Source of the DNA: Kiritimatiellia bacterium
GTDB lineage: Bacteria; Verrucomicrobiota; Kiritimatiellia; RFP12; UBA1067
Direction of reading: 5' to 3'
Length of the DNA stretch: 25,662 nt
Assembly (NCBI GenBank): GCA_038219365.1
Contig: JBBRJN010000001.1
Location: 1 to 25,662 of the forward strand
Made by a program: the position numbers and the translations under genes. The notes beneath the pieces are model-generated. The model was not told the DNA's origin. It was given only the letters and a program-made list of their open reading frames with translations, and ran no database searches. Positions 23,486 to 25,662 of the stretch are shown piece after piece (within the stretch, counting starts at the first letter, position 1; each line of letters opens with the position of its first letter).

Positions 23486-25662
23486 GTGTACGCAGGAACC
23501 TGTTTTGCAATGCTTTCGCTCGTCGTGGCGACCGCTTTTTGCGCTGAAACCGCCGCTGACTTCGTTGCCACGCACCCGCCGCGCTTTTGGGAAGGACGCG
23601 AGTTTCCAGGGGCCAAAGGCTCGGTCACGGTGGACGCTGAGCACGTTGTCCACACGAGCTTCGATTTCACGGGCGGCGGGAATTATGTGGAGACCGCCTT
23701 CGACCTCGAGCCGGCCCAAGCCGTCAAGTCGGTCACGTTCCACGCGCAGAAGCCCGCCGGCAACACCCTGACGGTCCGCGTGCGCGACGCCAACGGCCAG
23801 TGCTTTCAAAAGACCGTGAATCATGCCGTCGCAGGCTGGACCACGTTCCGCTTCGACATGGACAATTGGACCGGCAGTTGGGGCGGTCCCGACGACGGTG
23901 TCTTGCAGCAACCCGTTAAAGGCTTCGCGATCCTTCTTGAGAACGCGCGCCAGCCCGCTCCCGTCGGCGAACTGCTGCTCAAAGGCCTCACCATCGAAAC
24001 CTACACCGAGGAGGCGTGCGCCCGCCTGACGAACCGCAGCACGCCACGCCTCTGCACGCGGTACACGGTGACTGATTTTGAGAGCGGTGACGTCAACGCC
24101 TTCGAGCACAACCGCTTCTCCAGCTATCCCGCTGGCGCGTTGAACAAAGGCCTGCTCCGCGCCGACTTCTCCAAAACCGATCACGTCTCGGTCAGTCATT
24201 CGCTGGCCATCCTCGGCACGCCGGAGGAGTTCCTGCTCACCGTCGAAGCGGGTGCCGAGGCCGCTGGCGCTGAACTCGAGATCGGCATCGGCTCGCACTT
24301 CATGTGCTTCACGCGCACCGTGGGCACACTCCGTGCGCCGCTCAAGCCGGGACAAAAAATATGTCAGACGTTCGCGATCCCCGCGCCGCCCGCCGAAGGC
24401 TGGCAGTGGCACGGCGGCGCGAACGACGGCAACCCGAACTATCCGCTGCGGCTCTCCTTTTTGAACCTCCGCAAAGGCGCCGCGCAGTCAAAGGCTCTTA
24501 ACCTCCGGCTCGTCTCCCTCGAGGCCAATACGCGTATTGCTCACGCCAAGAGCCTCGCCCTGCGCACGCGCCTGCTGACCGCCGACGCGCGTCCGACAGC
24601 TTTGACCGGAGAGCTGCGTAACCTCGACGAAATTTCTCATGCGGGGTCGCTTTCGGTTGAACTTAAGAGCTGGGACGGCGTGACACTCGGCACGCTGACC
24701 ACCAACCTCGCCGCGCTTCTGCCGGGCGAGACGCAGACCTTCACGCTTCCGCTGCCGACGCTGCCAGCAGACCGAACCTTCGTCGAAAGCGTCGCGACCT
24801 TCGCCTCGGACCGCAGCGGGCTTTCCGCTGCCTGGGCGTCTACGTGGACCGCCCCTTTGGGCGACGCGGGGTCGGCCGAGCTGCGTCCTGACCTGCCGTG
24901 GGGCATGGGCGTCTATCTCTACCGCAACAGCGCAAACGAGGAGGGCTACAGGGACATGGACCGCGTGGCCGCCTTGGCTCAGGCCGCTGGCGTCAAGTGG
25001 TCGCGCGAGGAGTTTCAGTGGGGGCGCATGGAGCCCAAGCGCGGAGTCTACGAGTTCGCGTTTTACGACCGGCTCGTCGACACCGCCAACCGCCACGGCA
25101 TCAGCGTCTACGCCATCGTCGCCTACTGGACGCCCTGGACCAAGCCCTACGAAGAGGACGGCTTCAAAGATTACTGCACCTTCCTGCGCGAACTGGTGAA
25201 GCGCTACAAAGGCCGCATCAAGCACTGGGAAATCTACAACGAGCCCAACATCTTCTTTTGGAGCGGGCCGCACGAGCGCTACCCGACGCTGCTGAAAATG
25301 GCCTATGAGGCGGTGAAGGCGGAGGACCCTGACGCCCAGGTGCTGGGCTGCAGCACGGCCGGCATCGACACCCGCTTCATCCAGCTTTGCCTCGACGCCC
25401 AAGCGCCTTTCGATACGCTCACCATCCATCCGTACCGCGGGGCGTTGCACGAACAGACCTTCATGAACGAGCTGGAGTCCACGCGCAAGCAGGTCGGCGG
25501 CAAGCAGGTGTGGATCACGGAGATGGGCTGGCCCACGATCCCGGGCAACGCCACGGAGCGCCAGCAGGCCGCGCTGCTCGCACGCAGCTATCTCTCTGCC
25601 ATCGGCTCGGGCGCAAGCCACAACATCTGCTGGTATGACTTCCGCAACGATGGCTGGAACCC
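23486..25662 (+). CDS. Partial (3' truncated by window) secreted clan GH-A glycoside hydrolase with two tandem CBM-like domains; not in the supplied ORF track
   Basis: Hand-translated frame is open from GTG 23486 (AGGGGG upstream; alternative ATG 23510) to the window end (at least 725 codons). Signal peptide MLSLVVATAFCA, GVKWSREEFQWGRMEP, HWEIYNEPN, TIHPY, VWITEMGW, WYDFRND. Confidence 0.85.
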   Translation, partial: MYAGTCFAMLSLVVATAFCAETAADFVATHPPRFWEGREFPGAKGSVTVDAEHVVHTSFDFTGGGNYVETAFDLEPAQAVKSVTFHAQKPAGNTLTVRVRDANGQCFQKTVNHAVAGWTTFRFDMDNWTGSWGGPDDGVLQQPVKGFAILLENARQPAPVGELLLKGLTIETYTEEACARLTNRSTPRLCTRYTVTDFESGDVNAFEHNRFSSYPAGALNKGLLRADFSKTDHVSVSHSLAILGTPEEFLLTVEAGAEAAGAELEIGIGSHFMCFTRTVGTLRAPLKPGQKICQTFAIPAPPAEGWQWHGGANDGNPNYPLRLSFLNLRKGAAQSKALNLRLVSLEANTRIAHAKSLALRTRLLTADARPTALTGELRNLDEISHAGSLSVELKSWDGVTLGTLTTNLAALLPGETQTFTLPLPTLPADRTFVESVATFASDRSGLSAAWASTWTAPLGDAGSAELRPDLPWGMGVYLYRNSANEEGYRDMDRVAALAQAAGVKWSREEFQWGRMEPKRGVYEFAFYDRLVDTANRHGISVYAIVAYWTPWTKPYEEDGFKDYCTFLRELVKRYKGRIKHWEIYNEPNIFFWSGPHERYPTLLKMAYEAVKAEDPDAQVLGCSTAGIDTRFIQLCLDAQAPFDTLTIHPYRGALHEQTFMNELESTRKQVGGKQVWITEMGWPTIPGNATERQQAALLARSYLSAIGSGASHNICWYDFRNDGWN

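Overview
GC-rich bacterial chromosomal window. The gene types (Tat-exported Gfo/Idh/MocA and DUF362 proteins, many large secreted CBM+TIM-barrel proteins) suggest a PVC-superphylum organism, possibly Kiritimatiellia-like; this is inference only. From left to right: (i) a minus-strand Tat-ferredoxin plus NapH/MauN-type membrane Fe-S pair with a GTAG-REP doublet between the genes; (ii) an accessory stretch (2.0-6.5 kb) holding a PIN-toxin/RHH-antitoxin pair with a leaderless-type promoter, a 677-bp transposase-less element bounded by terminal inverted repeats whose cargo is a tandem GTAG-REP array with a 40-bp unique insert and a heptamer tract, a secreted orphan, an APH/NahK-like kinase and a mosaic remnant containing a type III Mod methyltransferase DPPY fragment; (iii) a plus-strand string DUF362 - polyferredoxin - EndoQ-like PHP nuclease (with an in-frame 7-nt periodic insertion) - hemerythrin; (iv) about 15 kb of putative glycan-active genes (clan GH-A proteins, GH5, beta-helix, DUF6259-like, a GH56 hyaluronidase-like protein, and a gene missing from the ORF track that runs off the right edge), interspersed with a nitroreductase, a Gfo/Idh/MocA oxidoreductase and a second copy of the REP doublet. 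No rRNA, tRNA, cas or transposase genes were recognised. All family assignments come from motif recognition by eye, not database searches.
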